A model generated the notes under the pieces. The model was not told where the DNA came from, did no database searches, and saw nothing but the letters and a program-made list of their open reading frames with translations. A stretch of DNA of 64,000 bases. Origin: Rhodospirillaceae bacterium (GTDB lineage Bacteria; Pseudomonadota; Alphaproteobacteria; SHVP01). Position numbers and translations under genes: made by a program. Below are positions 54,775 to 64,000 of this stretch, one piece after another; within the stretch, counting starts at the first letter, position 1; the number at the start of each line of letters is the position of its first letter. The DNA is taken from the NCBI GenBank assembly GCA_002722055.1, contig PBKD01000005.1, forward strand, positions 17,852-81,851, given 5' to 3'.

Positions 54775-55860
54775 ATGATGATAAATAAAAGTAAAAATAT
54801 TCAAAATTTAGATTATATTTTTTCAAGCATTCCTATGCCAACTATAATTATTTCTAGTGACTTGAAAATTATATACATAAATAATTTTGCTGAAAATTTC
54901 CTTTCTAAAAATTTTAAAAATATTGTTGGTAAAAAACTTGAAGAGGTAATTTTTTTTGAAGAAAATATAATTCAATTAATAATTAAATCTTTCAACTTGA
55001 CCTTTTCATTCACAGAAAAATATTTAAAAGTCTTTTTTCCTAATAAAGGAGAAATTTTAATTAATATTTTTTTTAATAAAATTAGTGGATATGATGATTT
55101 GGCTATTCTTATTTTTGAAGATTTCCCATTTGCTCATGATCGTTACTATGATAATATTAAAAGTAATCTTTCTTTAAGTGGTTTTTCTAGTTTAATTTCA
55201 CATGAAATTAAAACACCTTTGTCATCGATTAGTGGGGCAATTCAATTGCTTGAAGAAAATATTGTAAAAAAAGATAAGAAATTTATAAATATTATAAAAC
55301 AAGAAATTAATAGAATTATCAAATTAGTTGACAAAATGTCTCTTTTTGATGATTTAAATTCAGATTTTAGTCAGAATTTAAATATACATGATATTTTGAC
55401 TAGTGTTATAAATGCTGCAAAAGTTGGTTTTGGAAAAGATATAAAATTTACAGAATTATATGATCCATCATTACCAAATATTAATGGAAATAGAGATAGT
55501 CTAGTACAGTTATTTACTAACCTAATTAAAAACTCAGTGGAAGCTTTAAAAAATAAAGGTGAAGTAATTATCTGTACGTCCTTTAATAGTGACATACAAT
55601 TTAAAGTTTTAGATAAAAAAAATAAGAAGAGATCATTTTTACCAATTGAAATATTAATCAAAGATAAAGGTGGGGGTGTTCCAAAAGAAATAACAGAACA
55701 AATTTTTGACCCATTTATAACAACAAAATTTGATGGTACTGGTCTAGGTTTGCCAATGGTATTAAAAATAGTGACAGAGCATAATGGAACAATTAATCAT
55801 AATTTTGAGGACGGTTATACAATTTTTTCTGTAAGATTTCCTATAGCAAATAAAAGGTAA
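54775..55860 (+). CDS. ntrB: Nitrogen regulation sensor histidine kinase NtrB
   Basis: PAS-like N-terminus, HEIKTPL H-box, YDPSLP, NLIKNS and [14 protein letters not shown]; lies between dusB and ntrC. Confidence 0.9.
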   Translation: MMINKSKNIQNLDYIFSSIPMPTIIISSDLKIIYINNFAENFLSKNFKNIVGKKLEEVIFFEENIIQLIIKSFNLTFSFTEKYLKVFFPNKGEILINIFFNKISGYDDLAILIFEDFPFAHDRYYDNIKSNLSLSGFSSLISHEIKTPLSSISGAIQLLEENIVKKDKKFINIIKQEINRIIKLVDKMSLFDDLNSDFSQNLNIHDILTSVINAAKVGFGKDIKFTELYDPSLPNINGNRDSLVQLFTNLIKNSVEALKNKGEVIICTSFNSDIQFKVLDKKNKKRSFLPIEILIKDKGGGVPKEITEQIFDPFITTKFDGTGLGLPMVLKIVTEHNGTINHNFEDGYTIFSVRFPIANKR

Positions 55861-55863
55861 ATT

Positions 55864-57291
55864 ATGTCAAAATATAAGGTGCTTTTAGCTGATGATGATG
55901 AAGCTTTAAGAATAATTCTGACAGAATCTTTATTAAGGTCAGGATATGAAGTTATTTCATTAAAAAACGCTAATGAATTAATGGAGAAAGTTAAATCTGG
56001 TATAGGTGATATAGTTTTAACAGATGTGATAATGCCTGATGGTGACGGTATTGATTTAATTCAAAAAATTAAGAAGTTAAGAAAAGATCTTCCAATAATT
56101 ATTATGAGTGCACGAAGTAATCTACTTACTGCAATTAGATCTAATAAAGAAGGAGCGTTTGATTACCTACCTAAGCCTTTTGATATAAATGATTTACTTG
56201 ATATTTTCAAAAGAGCACTTTATTCAAATTCTAAAAATTTAAATAAAACTGATGATATTGAAACTGATAACCCTTTATCTTTGATTGGTAAATCAAAATC
56301 TATGCAAGATGTATTTAAAACTATATCAAAAGTTGTTTCCAATGATCTATCAATTCTAATAATAGGTGAGTCAGGTACTGGTAAAGAGGTTATTGCAAAG
56401 ACTATACATGAATTAAGTGATAGGAAAAACTATCCTTTTATTGCATTAAACATGGCTGCTATTCCTAAAGATTTAGTTGAAAGTGAATTATTTGGTCATG
56501 AAAGAGGTGCTTTTACTGGAGCTATAAATCAACAAAAAGGGAAATTTTCACAAGCAAATGATGGAACTTTATTCTTAGATGAAATAGGAGATATGCCATT
56601 TTCTGCTCAGACTAGACTTCTTAGAGTTCTTCAGGAAAAAGAATTTTCACCCATTGGAAGTAAGGAGGTAATTAAATCAAATGCTAGAATAATTTCAGCT
56701 TCACAAAATAGCTTAGATGATATGGTAGAGAAGGGAGTTTTTAGGAAAGATTTATTTTTTAGATTAAATGTTATACCTATATCTGTTCCTCCTTTGAGAT
56801 CAAGAAAAACTGATATTCCCCTACTAGTTAATCATTTTTTAGAAAAAATAGCTGATGAAGGTTTACCTAAAAAGTTTTTTAGTAGTAAAGCAATTGATTT
56901 ACTTAATAATTACTCATGGCCAGGAAATATAAGAGAATTAGAAAATCTAATTAAACGGTTAAGTATACTTAATTTTGAACAAGAAATATCTGCAGAGATG
57001 GTGCAAAATATCTTATTAAAAAACCATGATAATATAAATAAATTAATGAAAAACAATACTTTAGTAGACTTTCTTGAAAATAAAATTAAACTTCTCTTGA
57101 ATAATAGTCAGTCTAACTATACCCAAGTTGGTTTGTATAATTTGATTGTTTCAGAAATCGAAAAACCACTTATAGAAATTTGTCTTAAATTTACTGATGG
57201 GAATCAAAATAAAGCGGCTGTTTTGCTCGGTATAAACAGAAATACATTAAGAAAAAAAATTAAAGAATTAAAAATAGAGATACATCGCTAG
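55864..57291 (+). CDS. ntrC: Nitrogen regulation sigma54-dependent response regulator NtrC
   Basis: Receiver domain, GESGTGKE, intact GAFTGA and Fis-type HTH GNQNKAAVLLGINRNTLRKK. Confidence 0.94.
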   Translation: MSKYKVLLADDDEALRIILTESLLRSGYEVISLKNANELMEKVKSGIGDIVLTDVIMPDGDGIDLIQKIKKLRKDLPIIIMSARSNLLTAIRSNKEGAFDYLPKPFDINDLLDIFKRALYSNSKNLNKTDDIETDNPLSLIGKSKSMQDVFKTISKVVSNDLSILIIGESGTGKEVIAKTIHELSDRKNYPFIALNMAAIPKDLVESELFGHERGAFTGAINQQKGKFSQANDGTLFLDEIGDMPFSAQTRLLRVLQEKEFSPIGSKEVIKSNARIISASQNSLDDMVEKGVFRKDLFFRLNVIPISVPPLRSRKTDIPLLVNHFLEKIADEGLPKKFFSSKAIDLLNNYSWPGNIRELENLIKRLSILNFEQEISAEMVQNILLKNHDNINKLMKNNTLVDFLENKIKLLLNNSQSNYTQVGLYNLIVSEIEKPLIEICLKFTDGNQNKAAVLLGINRNTLRKKIKELKIEIHR

Positions 57292-57309
57292 ACATACTGA
57301 TGCTAAAAT

Positions 57310-57322
57310 GCAACAATGTTGC
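57310..57322. promoter_or_regulatory. Palindrome upstream of ntrY, candidate NtrX operator
   Basis: GCAACA-A-TGTTGC perfect inverted repeat in the 65-bp ntrC-ntrY spacer. Confidence 0.55.
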
Positions 57323-57356
57323 TTATTATCAACCATAGTATTTTTGGATAAAATAA

Positions 57357-59588
57357 ATGTCATATGACAAGCTAGAAGACTTGGCTTTAAATAAATCATT
57401 TAGCTCTCGTGGGCAAATTATTGAGAGATATATAGCATTTTTCTTTCTGTTTTGTGCAATAGTATTTGCTATAGCTACATTTTTAGCCATTAACGATCTA
57501 GAAAAGTTTATATTCAAAAGAGAAAACGTCAGGACTTTCCTTGCTATAGATTCCGTTATTTTAATTGCCCTAGTTATAATGGTAGTTAGGCGTTTGGTAG
57601 ACCTATGGTTTAAGAGAAGAAGAAAATTAGCTGGATCACGTCTTCAAGTCAGGTTGGTCTGGGTTTTATCTTTGATTGCTCTGACTCCTACATTAGTAGT
57701 TTCTCTTGGTTCTGCTTTATTTATAAAAAGTGGTGTTGAGGTATGGTTTAGTGAGAACACTAGTAAGGCTATAAATCAATCAGTTATAATTGCTGAAGCA
57801 TATATATTAGAAAATAGAAAAAGTATCGAAGCAGATGTAAGAGCGGTAGCTTCACAGTTACAAAATAGACTTACTTTGTTAAGATCGGGTAATCGTAAAA
57901 CATTTGAAAATGCTCTTACTTTTTTTTCGGAGGCGAGAGGACTATCTGAGGCTATAGTTATTGATGGTCGACAAGTTATTTTAGCAGCTTCACCTCTTAG
58001 TGAAACCCTAACAAGTGATGGTCCATTCGAATTAGATATTTTAAATCGAGCAAGAGCTGGAGAGGTTGTTCTAGCCCGTGGAAGTGATGAGGCTAGAGTA
58101 AGAGCAGTTATGAGGTTAGATATAATTACTGATACTTATTTAGCTGTAGGAAGATTAGTTGATCCTAGAGTAATTGGCTATGCTGAAAGAGTTAGAAAAG
58201 CAAGAGAAGATTATGAAAAATTAGAAGCAGAGCGTCCAAGTATTGAAATTGGATTAGCTATGGTTTTAATTTTAATGGCCTTATTACTTTTAGCAATGGC
58301 TATTTTGATAGGCTTGTTATTTTCAAATAGATTAGTTTCCCCTATATCACAACTCGTTATGGCCACTGCAAGAGTAAGAACTGGTGATATGACTGTAAGG
58401 GTAGAGGAGGGTAAAAAAGATGATGAGTTTGGTATGCTTGGAAGAGCATTTAATAGAATGACATCTCAACTTGAAAATCAAAGAAAAAAATTAATAGAGG
58501 CTAATCAACAACTAGATATGAGAAGAAGGTTTACTGAGACAGTGCTAGCTGGAGTATCCTCAGGTGTTATAGGTGTAGATAAGAACCTAAATATTACACT
58601 TCCCAATAAATCAGCTTGTATATTATTAAATATTGAAAAGGATGAATTTATAGGTTCTCCAATTATAGATATTCTTCCAGAGTTTAAAGATTTAATTAAT
58701 TTATCTATAAGTAGAAACGGTCAATTAACTGAAGGTGAAATCCCAGTTTATAGAAAAGGTAATTTTCAACAATTTTTTGTTAGAGTATCTGGAGATAACC
58801 ATGATTCGGTGGATGGTAATTATGTAATAACCTTTGATGATATATCTGAACTTGTTTCTGCTCAAAGAAGGGCTGCTTGGTCAGATATCGCAAGGAGACT
58901 TGCACATGAAATAAAGAATCCACTTACGCCCATAAAACTCTCAGCTGAAAGGTTGAATAAAAAATATATGGATCAAATAAAAGATGATAAAAATACTTTT
59001 GAAAAGTGTACTGACGCAATTGTGAGGCAAGTTGATGAAATAGGAAGAATGGTAGATGAATTTTCTAACTTTGCTAGGATGCCTTCACCTGAATTTAATA
59101 TAGAGAATATAGTAGAAATTATCTCAGAAGTATGTTTTATGCAAAAACAAGCTAATCAAAACATTTTTTTTCATATAAATAAAACTCATGATAAAATATT
59201 TATTAATTGTGATAGAAGGCAAGTATCACGTGCTTTAACTAATATTATTCAAAATTCTGCAGAGGCAATAAGATCAGAAAATTCTAATAAGGGAAATATT
59301 TCTATATCTGTAAGTAAAGATAAAACTAAAATTAGTTTAATTATAAATGATGATGGTCCTGGTTTACCTATGGCATTAATTGGAAAATTAACTGAACCTT
59401 ATGTAACAACTAGAATTAGAGGTACTGGTCTAGGATTAGCTATTGTTAAAAAAATAATGGAAGATCATGATGGTTTATTTACTATAGAAAATAATAAAGA
59501 TGCTGGGGCTACAGCTAAACTTACATTTTATTTAAATAAATCAGATCTATCAAATAATTTTCCAAGTATAAAAAAAGCAGCAGAGTAA
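57357..59588 (+). CDS. ntrY: Sensor histidine kinase NtrY
   Basis: N-terminal TMs, AGSRL, HAMP and PAS domains, AWSDIARRLAHEIKNPLTPI and EPYVTTR..GTGLGL. Confidence 0.95.
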   Translation: MSYDKLEDLALNKSFSSRGQIIERYIAFFFLFCAIVFAIATFLAINDLEKFIFKRENVRTFLAIDSVILIALVIMVVRRLVDLWFKRRRKLAGSRLQVRLVWVLSLIALTPTLVVSLGSALFIKSGVEVWFSENTSKAINQSVIIAEAYILENRKSIEADVRAVASQLQNRLTLLRSGNRKTFENALTFFSEARGLSEAIVIDGRQVILAASPLSETLTSDGPFELDILNRARAGEVVLARGSDEARVRAVMRLDIITDTYLAVGRLVDPRVIGYAERVRKAREDYEKLEAERPSIEIGLAMVLILMALLLLAMAILIGLLFSNRLVSPISQLVMATARVRTGDMTVRVEEGKKDDEFGMLGRAFNRMTSQLENQRKKLIEANQQLDMRRRFTETVLAGVSSGVIGVDKNLNITLPNKSACILLNIEKDEFIGSPIIDILPEFKDLINLSISRNGQLTEGEIPVYRKGNFQQFFVRVSGDNHDSVDGNYVITFDDISELVSAQRRAAWSDIARRLAHEIKNPLTPIKLSAERLNKKYMDQIKDDKNTFEKCTDAIVRQVDEIGRMVDEFSNFARMPSPEFNIENIVEIISEVCFMQKQANQNIFFHINKTHDKIFINCDRRQVSRALTNIIQNSAEAIRSENSNKGNISISVSKDKTKISLIINDDGPGLPMALIGKLTEPYVTTRIRGTGLGLAIVKKIMEDHDGLFTIENNKDAGATAKLTFYLNKSDLSNNFPSIKKAAE

Positions 59589-59592
59589 CATT

Positions 59593-60987
59593 ATGACTTT
59601 AGGTGATATATTAATTGTAGATGATGAAGCTGATATTAGGGAGCTAGTTTCAGGAATTTTAGAAGACGAAAATTTTTTGACTAGATCTGTGGGTGATAGC
59701 AATTCTGCTCTAAATTTAATAAATAGAGTTACTCCCTCTTTAGTAATTCTAGATATTTGGTTAGAAGGAAGTGATATTGATGGTCTTCAGTTATTAGATA
59801 AAATAATAAAAGAAAAACCTGATTTACCAGTGGTTATGATTAGTGGTCACGGTAATATTGAAGCGGCGGTATCAGCAATCAAACGAGGTGCTTATGACTT
59901 TATAGAAAAACCATTTAACGCTGAAAGGTTGCTTATGGTAGTAAAAAGAGCAATCGAAACTGTTAATTTGAGAAGCGAAAATATATTATTAAAACAACAA
60001 AGTGGTAAGAGTGATATAATATTAGGAAACTCTAATGCAATAAGTAATACGAGAGCATCTTTGGAGAAAGTTGCACCTACAGGAAGTAGAGTTTTAATTT
60101 CGGGTCCTCCAGGTTCTGGTAAAGAATTAGCAGCTAGACTAGTTCATAATAAATCTAAAAGATCAAATGGTCCTTTTGTAGTATTAAACTCTGCGAGAAT
60201 GTCTCCTGAAACTATTGATCAAGAATTATTTGGAATTGAAGAGGGAATAGAGGAACCAGAAAGTCCAAGAAGAATAGGAATTCTTGAAAAAGCACATAAA
60301 GGAACTCTATTTATTGATGAAGTAGCAGATATGCCTATGGAAACACAAGGTAGAATTTTAAGAGTACTTCAAGATCAAAGTTTTTATAGGGTTGGTGGTA
60401 CAACTGAAGTTACCGTTGATATAAGAGTCGTAAGTGCGTCCAGTAAAGATTTATTTAATCAAATAAGTGAGGGTAAATTTAGAGAAGATTTATTTCATAG
60501 ACTATCAGTAGTACCTATAAAAATACCTCCTTTGTCTGAAAGGAGAGAAGATATACCGATCTTAGCAAAAAGTTTTATGGAAAGTACTGCTCAAAGTATA
60601 GGCTTTGCTCCAAGAATTATGTCAGAAGATTCTATAGCTGTATTGCAATCAAGAAATTGGTCTGGGAATGTTCGTGAGCTTAGAAATTTAATTGAAAGGC
60701 TACTTATTATGGCACCTGGAAATAGTGAGGAGCCTATTAAGCCAGAAATGATACCTGTAGATGATATAGCAGATAATTCTCAATCATTCAGACATTCAGG
60801 TAATGGTGAGGTAATAGCAATGCCTTTAAAAAAAGCAAGAGAGTTTTTTGAAAGAGAGTATTTAATTACACAAATTAGTAGATTTGGAGGTAATATCTCA
60901 AAAACTGCTGAATTTGTTGGTATGGAGAGATCGGCACTACATAGAAAGTTAAAGTCTTTGGGAATAAGTTCTTCTTTGAGAAATTAG
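59593..60987 (+). CDS. ntrX: Response regulator NtrX
   Basis: Motifs LDIWL and SGHGNIE; AAA+ domain lacking GAFTGA; C-terminal RFGGNISKTAEFVGMERSALHRKLK. Confidence 0.96.
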   Translation: MTLGDILIVDDEADIRELVSGILEDENFLTRSVGDSNSALNLINRVTPSLVILDIWLEGSDIDGLQLLDKIIKEKPDLPVVMISGHGNIEAAVSAIKRGAYDFIEKPFNAERLLMVVKRAIETVNLRSENILLKQQSGKSDIILGNSNAISNTRASLEKVAPTGSRVLISGPPGSGKELAARLVHNKSKRSNGPFVVLNSARMSPETIDQELFGIEEGIEEPESPRRIGILEKAHKGTLFIDEVADMPMETQGRILRVLQDQSFYRVGGTTEVTVDIRVVSASSKDLFNQISEGKFREDLFHRLSVVPIKIPPLSERREDIPILAKSFMESTAQSIGFAPRIMSEDSIAVLQSRNWSGNVRELRNLIERLLIMAPGNSEEPIKPEMIPVDDIADNSQSFRHSGNGEVIAMPLKKAREFFEREYLITQISRFGGNISKTAEFVGMERSALHRKLKSLGISSSLRN

Positions 60988-61009
60988 CTGTTAATAATAT
61001 GAGGCATAA

Positions 61010-62386
61010 ATGAAGGTAATTGTATGCGGAGCAGGACAAGTAGGAGCAAGTATTGCTAAACATCTTGCAGGTGAAAATAACGATGTTACTGTTATTGATA
61101 TTGATCCAGAATTAATTAGAAGAGTTCATGAAACTATTGATGTTCAAACAATCGTTGGTCATGCCTCTCAACCAGATATCTTAGAAAAATCGGGTGCGAA
61201 TGACTCTGAGATGATTATCGCTGTAACAAGACAAGATGAAGTAAATATGGTTTCGTGCCAAGTAGCTCATTCTATTTTTAATATTCCAACCAAAATAGCA
61301 AGAATTAGATCTCAATCCTATCTTTCACCTCAATGGCAATATTTATTTAGTAGAGATAACATGCCTATAGATGTAATTATTTCTCCTGAAATAGAGATAG
61401 CTCGAGCAGTTACAAATAGACTTCATGTGCCTGGTGCAACTGATATGATAAGTTTTGCAGACGATCTTGTAAAAGTTATTTCATTAAAAGTTGAAAAAAA
61501 TTGTCCAATTATTGACACTCCACTCCGACAATTAACAGAGTTATTTCCAGATTTGCTTTTAAGAGTTTTCGCTATATTGAGAAATGATGAGGTAATTACT
61601 GTAAATGCAGATGATCAATTACTTGTTGATGATGAAGTTTTTTTTGCAGTTGAATCCAGTCAAATTACTAGAGCAATGACTGCTTTTGGACATGAAGAAA
61701 AAGAAGCTAGGAAATTAGTTATTGTAGGAGGAGGAAATATTGGCCTATATCTTAGTTCTGAATTAATCAAGGAGTCGCAGAATATTTCTTTAAAATTAAT
61801 CGAAAAAAACAGAAAAAGAGCAGAATTTGTTGCTGAAAATTTAAATAACATTGTTGTAATTAATGGTGACTCTTTAGAGAAAGAAATATTAACTGAAGCT
61901 AATGTATCAAACGCTGAATCAGTAATAGCTGTAACTAATAATGATCAAGTAAATATTCTGAGCTCACTTTTATCTAAGAGAGAGGGTGCAAGTAGAGTTA
62001 TGGCTCTATTAAATAATTCAACATATGATTCACTTATGCAGTCTCTAGGTATTGATGCAGTAGTTAACCCTAGAGCAATAACAGTTTCAAGTATATTACA
62101 ACATATTAGAAGAGGTAGAATTAAAGCGGTTCACTCAATAAGAGATGGAAGTGCAGAGATATTAGAGGCAGAGGCATTAGAGACGTCTCCACTAATTGGT
62201 AAAACCTTAAAAGAACTTTCTTTACCAACTGGTATTACTTTTGGAGCTATTGTAAGAGATAAGAAAGTTATTATTCCTAGAGGTGAAACAAGTATAGCGA
62301 TCCATGATAAAGTTATTTTGTTTGCAAAAAAAGGTATGATAAAAAGAGTAGAAAAACTTTTTGCTGTAAGACTTGATTTTTTTTAA
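61010..62386 (+). CDS. trkA: Trk potassium uptake regulatory subunit
   Basis: Two RCK units with GAGQVG and GGGNIG. Confidence 0.97.
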   Translation: MKVIVCGAGQVGASIAKHLAGENNDVTVIDIDPELIRRVHETIDVQTIVGHASQPDILEKSGANDSEMIIAVTRQDEVNMVSCQVAHSIFNIPTKIARIRSQSYLSPQWQYLFSRDNMPIDVIISPEIEIARAVTNRLHVPGATDMISFADDLVKVISLKVEKNCPIIDTPLRQLTELFPDLLLRVFAILRNDEVITVNADDQLLVDDEVFFAVESSQITRAMTAFGHEEKEARKLVIVGGGNIGLYLSSELIKESQNISLKLIEKNRKRAEFVAENLNNIVVINGDSLEKEILTEANVSNAESVIAVTNNDQVNILSSLLSKREGASRVMALLNNSTYDSLMQSLGIDAVVNPRAITVSSILQHIRRGRIKAVHSIRDGSAEILEAEALETSPLIGKTLKELSLPTGITFGAIVRDKKVIIPRGETSIAIHDKVILFAKKGMIKRVEKLFAVRLDFF

Positions 62387-62402
62387 TGATATTTTTATAC
62401 AA

Positions 62403-63854
62403 ATGATTTCTACTTTATTATTTTCTTTTGGTTGGTCAATATTATTTATTTCTTTGGCGATGTTTTTTCCTGCCTTAATTTCATTTTCATATAATGAAAT
62501 ATCAGTTGCTTTTTCATTTATTTTTTCATCCTCTCTTGGATTATTTTCTGGTGTTGCATTACTGCTTGCTTCTCGGGGTAGTGAATATAATTTTAGCACC
62601 AAAGTTATAATTATCTTTACTATTTTTGTCTGGCCCTTGCTTGGACTTTTTTCATCTTTACCCTTCCTGTTTTCTGATATTTTTGTACATTTTACTGATG
62701 CTTTTTTTGAGTCTATGTCAGGCATTACATCTAGTGGTTCTTCTATAATAATTGATGTATCAAAATCACCAAAAGGTATTTTGTTTTGGAGATCTCTTCT
62801 TCAATGGATAGGTGGTTTTCTGACTATTATTCTTGCAATTTCAGTTTTATCTTTAATGAGAATAGGTGGGATGGATCTTTTTCATTCAAGTCTGCAGAAA
62901 AGTGATAGAGATACTGCTGTACATAGATTCATCCAAGCCTCCAAATCTTTATGGTGGATATATTTATTGCTCACAGTTGTATGTAGTTTTTCTTTAATAA
63001 TCTTTGGAATGTCACCCTTTGATTCAGTTGTTCATGCGCTAAGTACCGTTTCAACAGGTGGTTTTAGTTCAAAAACATTAGGAATAAATGAATTTTCAAG
63101 TTTAACAATAGAGTTTATTATTTGTATTTTTATGTTATTAGGTTCTTTAAATTTTACATTATATTGGGCAGTTGCTAATGGCAAATGGAGAGAATTAACT
63201 AATGAAGGGGAATTAAAGTACTTAATTGGAATTATCATAATTTATTTTATAGTAAGTATTTTTGTTTTTTTAACTTACACAAATAATCAAATTACTGAAA
63301 GTTTAAGAGTAAGTGTATTTAATATTATATCCTCAGTAACAACAACTGGTTACTACTTAATTCCAAATGAAAATTATATTTATAATTCAATAATGTATAT
63401 ATTATTTATAAGTTTGATGCTAATTGGTGGGGCAAGTGTATCCACATCAGGTGGAGTAAAACAATTAAGATTGATTGTTTTTTTTAAATTAACTTTTTCA
63501 GAATTATTTAAATTAACTCATCCTAATGGTGTCTATCCAATTAATTATATGAAAAAAAATATTGATGAAAATTCATTAAGAAGGACTTGGAGTTTTCTTA
63601 TGACTTTTATTTCAATTTTTGTTTTAATTTCAATTCTTTTCAGTTTAGTTGGGTTAGGTTTTGTTGACTCTTTGTCTTTATCAACCCTTTCACTTACAAA
63701 TACTGGGGCTGGTGCACAGCTTTTGTCCTTATCAATTCCTTATTATGAAATGGATAAAATTGTTAAGTGGATAATAATTATTTCACAGCTTTTAGGTAGA
63801 ATTGAGATAATGTTACTGCTAATATTCATAAGCCCCAATTTTTGGAGAAATTAA
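62403..63854 (+). CDS. trkH: TrkH family potassium uptake protein
   Basis: Four pore-loop glycines (TSSG, STGG, TTTG, TNTG), WRSLLQWIGG, STSGGVK and LLGRIE; start is ATG 62403 or TTG 62373. Confidence 0.92.
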   Translation: MISTLLFSFGWSILFISLAMFFPALISFSYNEISVAFSFIFSSSLGLFSGVALLLASRGSEYNFSTKVIIIFTIFVWPLLGLFSSLPFLFSDIFVHFTDAFFESMSGITSSGSSIIIDVSKSPKGILFWRSLLQWIGGFLTIILAISVLSLMRIGGMDLFHSSLQKSDRDTAVHRFIQASKSLWWIYLLLTVVCSFSLIIFGMSPFDSVVHALSTVSTGGFSSKTLGINEFSSLTIEFIICIFMLLGSLNFTLYWAVANGKWRELTNEGELKYLIGIIIIYFIVSIFVFLTYTNNQITESLRVSVFNIISSVTTTGYYLIPNENYIYNSIMYILFISLMLIGGASVSTSGGVKQLRLIVFFKLTFSELFKLTHPNGVYPINYMKKNIDENSLRRTWSFLMTFISIFVLISILFSLVGLGFVDSLSLSTLSLTNTGAGAQLLSLSIPYYEMDKIVKWIIIISQLLGRIEIMLLLIFISPNFWRN

Positions 63855-63857
63855 TTT

Positions 63858-64000
63858 TTGTCTAGAGTTTCATATATAAATGGTTCTTATGTTCCGCATA
63901 AAAAAGCTTTTATTCATATAGAAGATAGAGGCAATCAATTTGCTGATGGAGTTTATGAAGTTATTCCTGTTAGATTTTCTAGCCTCATAGACTTTGATTT
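63858..64000 (+). CDS. dat: D-amino-acid aminotransferase (class IV PLP), 3' partial; not in the ORF track
   Basis: Manual translation from TTG 63858: MSRVSYINGSYVPHKKAFIHIEDRGNQFADGVYEVI, matching the DRG..F.DGVYE class IV motif. Confidence 0.88.
   Translation, partial: MSRVSYINGSYVPHKKAFIHIEDRGNQFADGVYEVIPVRFSSLIDFD

Noticed and set aside
59593-60987. NtrX lacks the GAFTGA loop
   Set aside because: This is the known normal state for NtrX, not a sign of decay.
62222-62725. 167-aa minus-strand ORF across the trkA/trkH junction
   Set aside because: K/N/E-rich mirror of the T-rich membrane-protein codons of trkH; no family motif.

Overview
AT-rich, tightly packed core-genome segment of a streamlined alphaproteobacterium. 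The gene order resembles Rhodospirillales and marine alphaproteobacteria; this taxonomic placement is inferred from synteny only. It contains the end of the nuo operon (nuoM, nuoN), birA-rnj-mce-DUF1467, proS-lolC/E-lolD-dnaE, the rpsB-tsf-pyrH-frr-uppS-cdsA-dxr-rseP-bamA-skp-lpxD-fabZ-lpxA-lpxI-lpxB cluster, a minus-strand trpD-trpC-moaC-moeA-lexA-gltX-gltA block, ppiD, tpiA-secG-pyrG-kdsA-eno-ftsB-pdhABC-lpdA-lipA-ratA, a minus-strand ispDF-pgpA-cinA-MFS-oxidoreductase block, and dusB-ntrBC-ntrYX-trkA-trkH-dat (partial). I saw no mobile elements, phage genes, CRISPR arrays, tRNA or rRNA genes, or defence systems, and no novel multi-gene protein system. The best candidate for something new is non-coding: a ~120-nt minus-strand sRNA between DUF1467 and proS. 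It has a candidate promoter and the only strong terminator I found in the window, and it exposes AGGGAGGAAA, the exact complement of the alpha-r8/MmgR seed, so it may be an RNA sponge. Other signals are the absence of trpE/trpG, coaX and comEC from their usual loci, many TTG starts at conserved Met positions, an unusual pyrG 5' end, and two perfect tandem duplications at gene ends.
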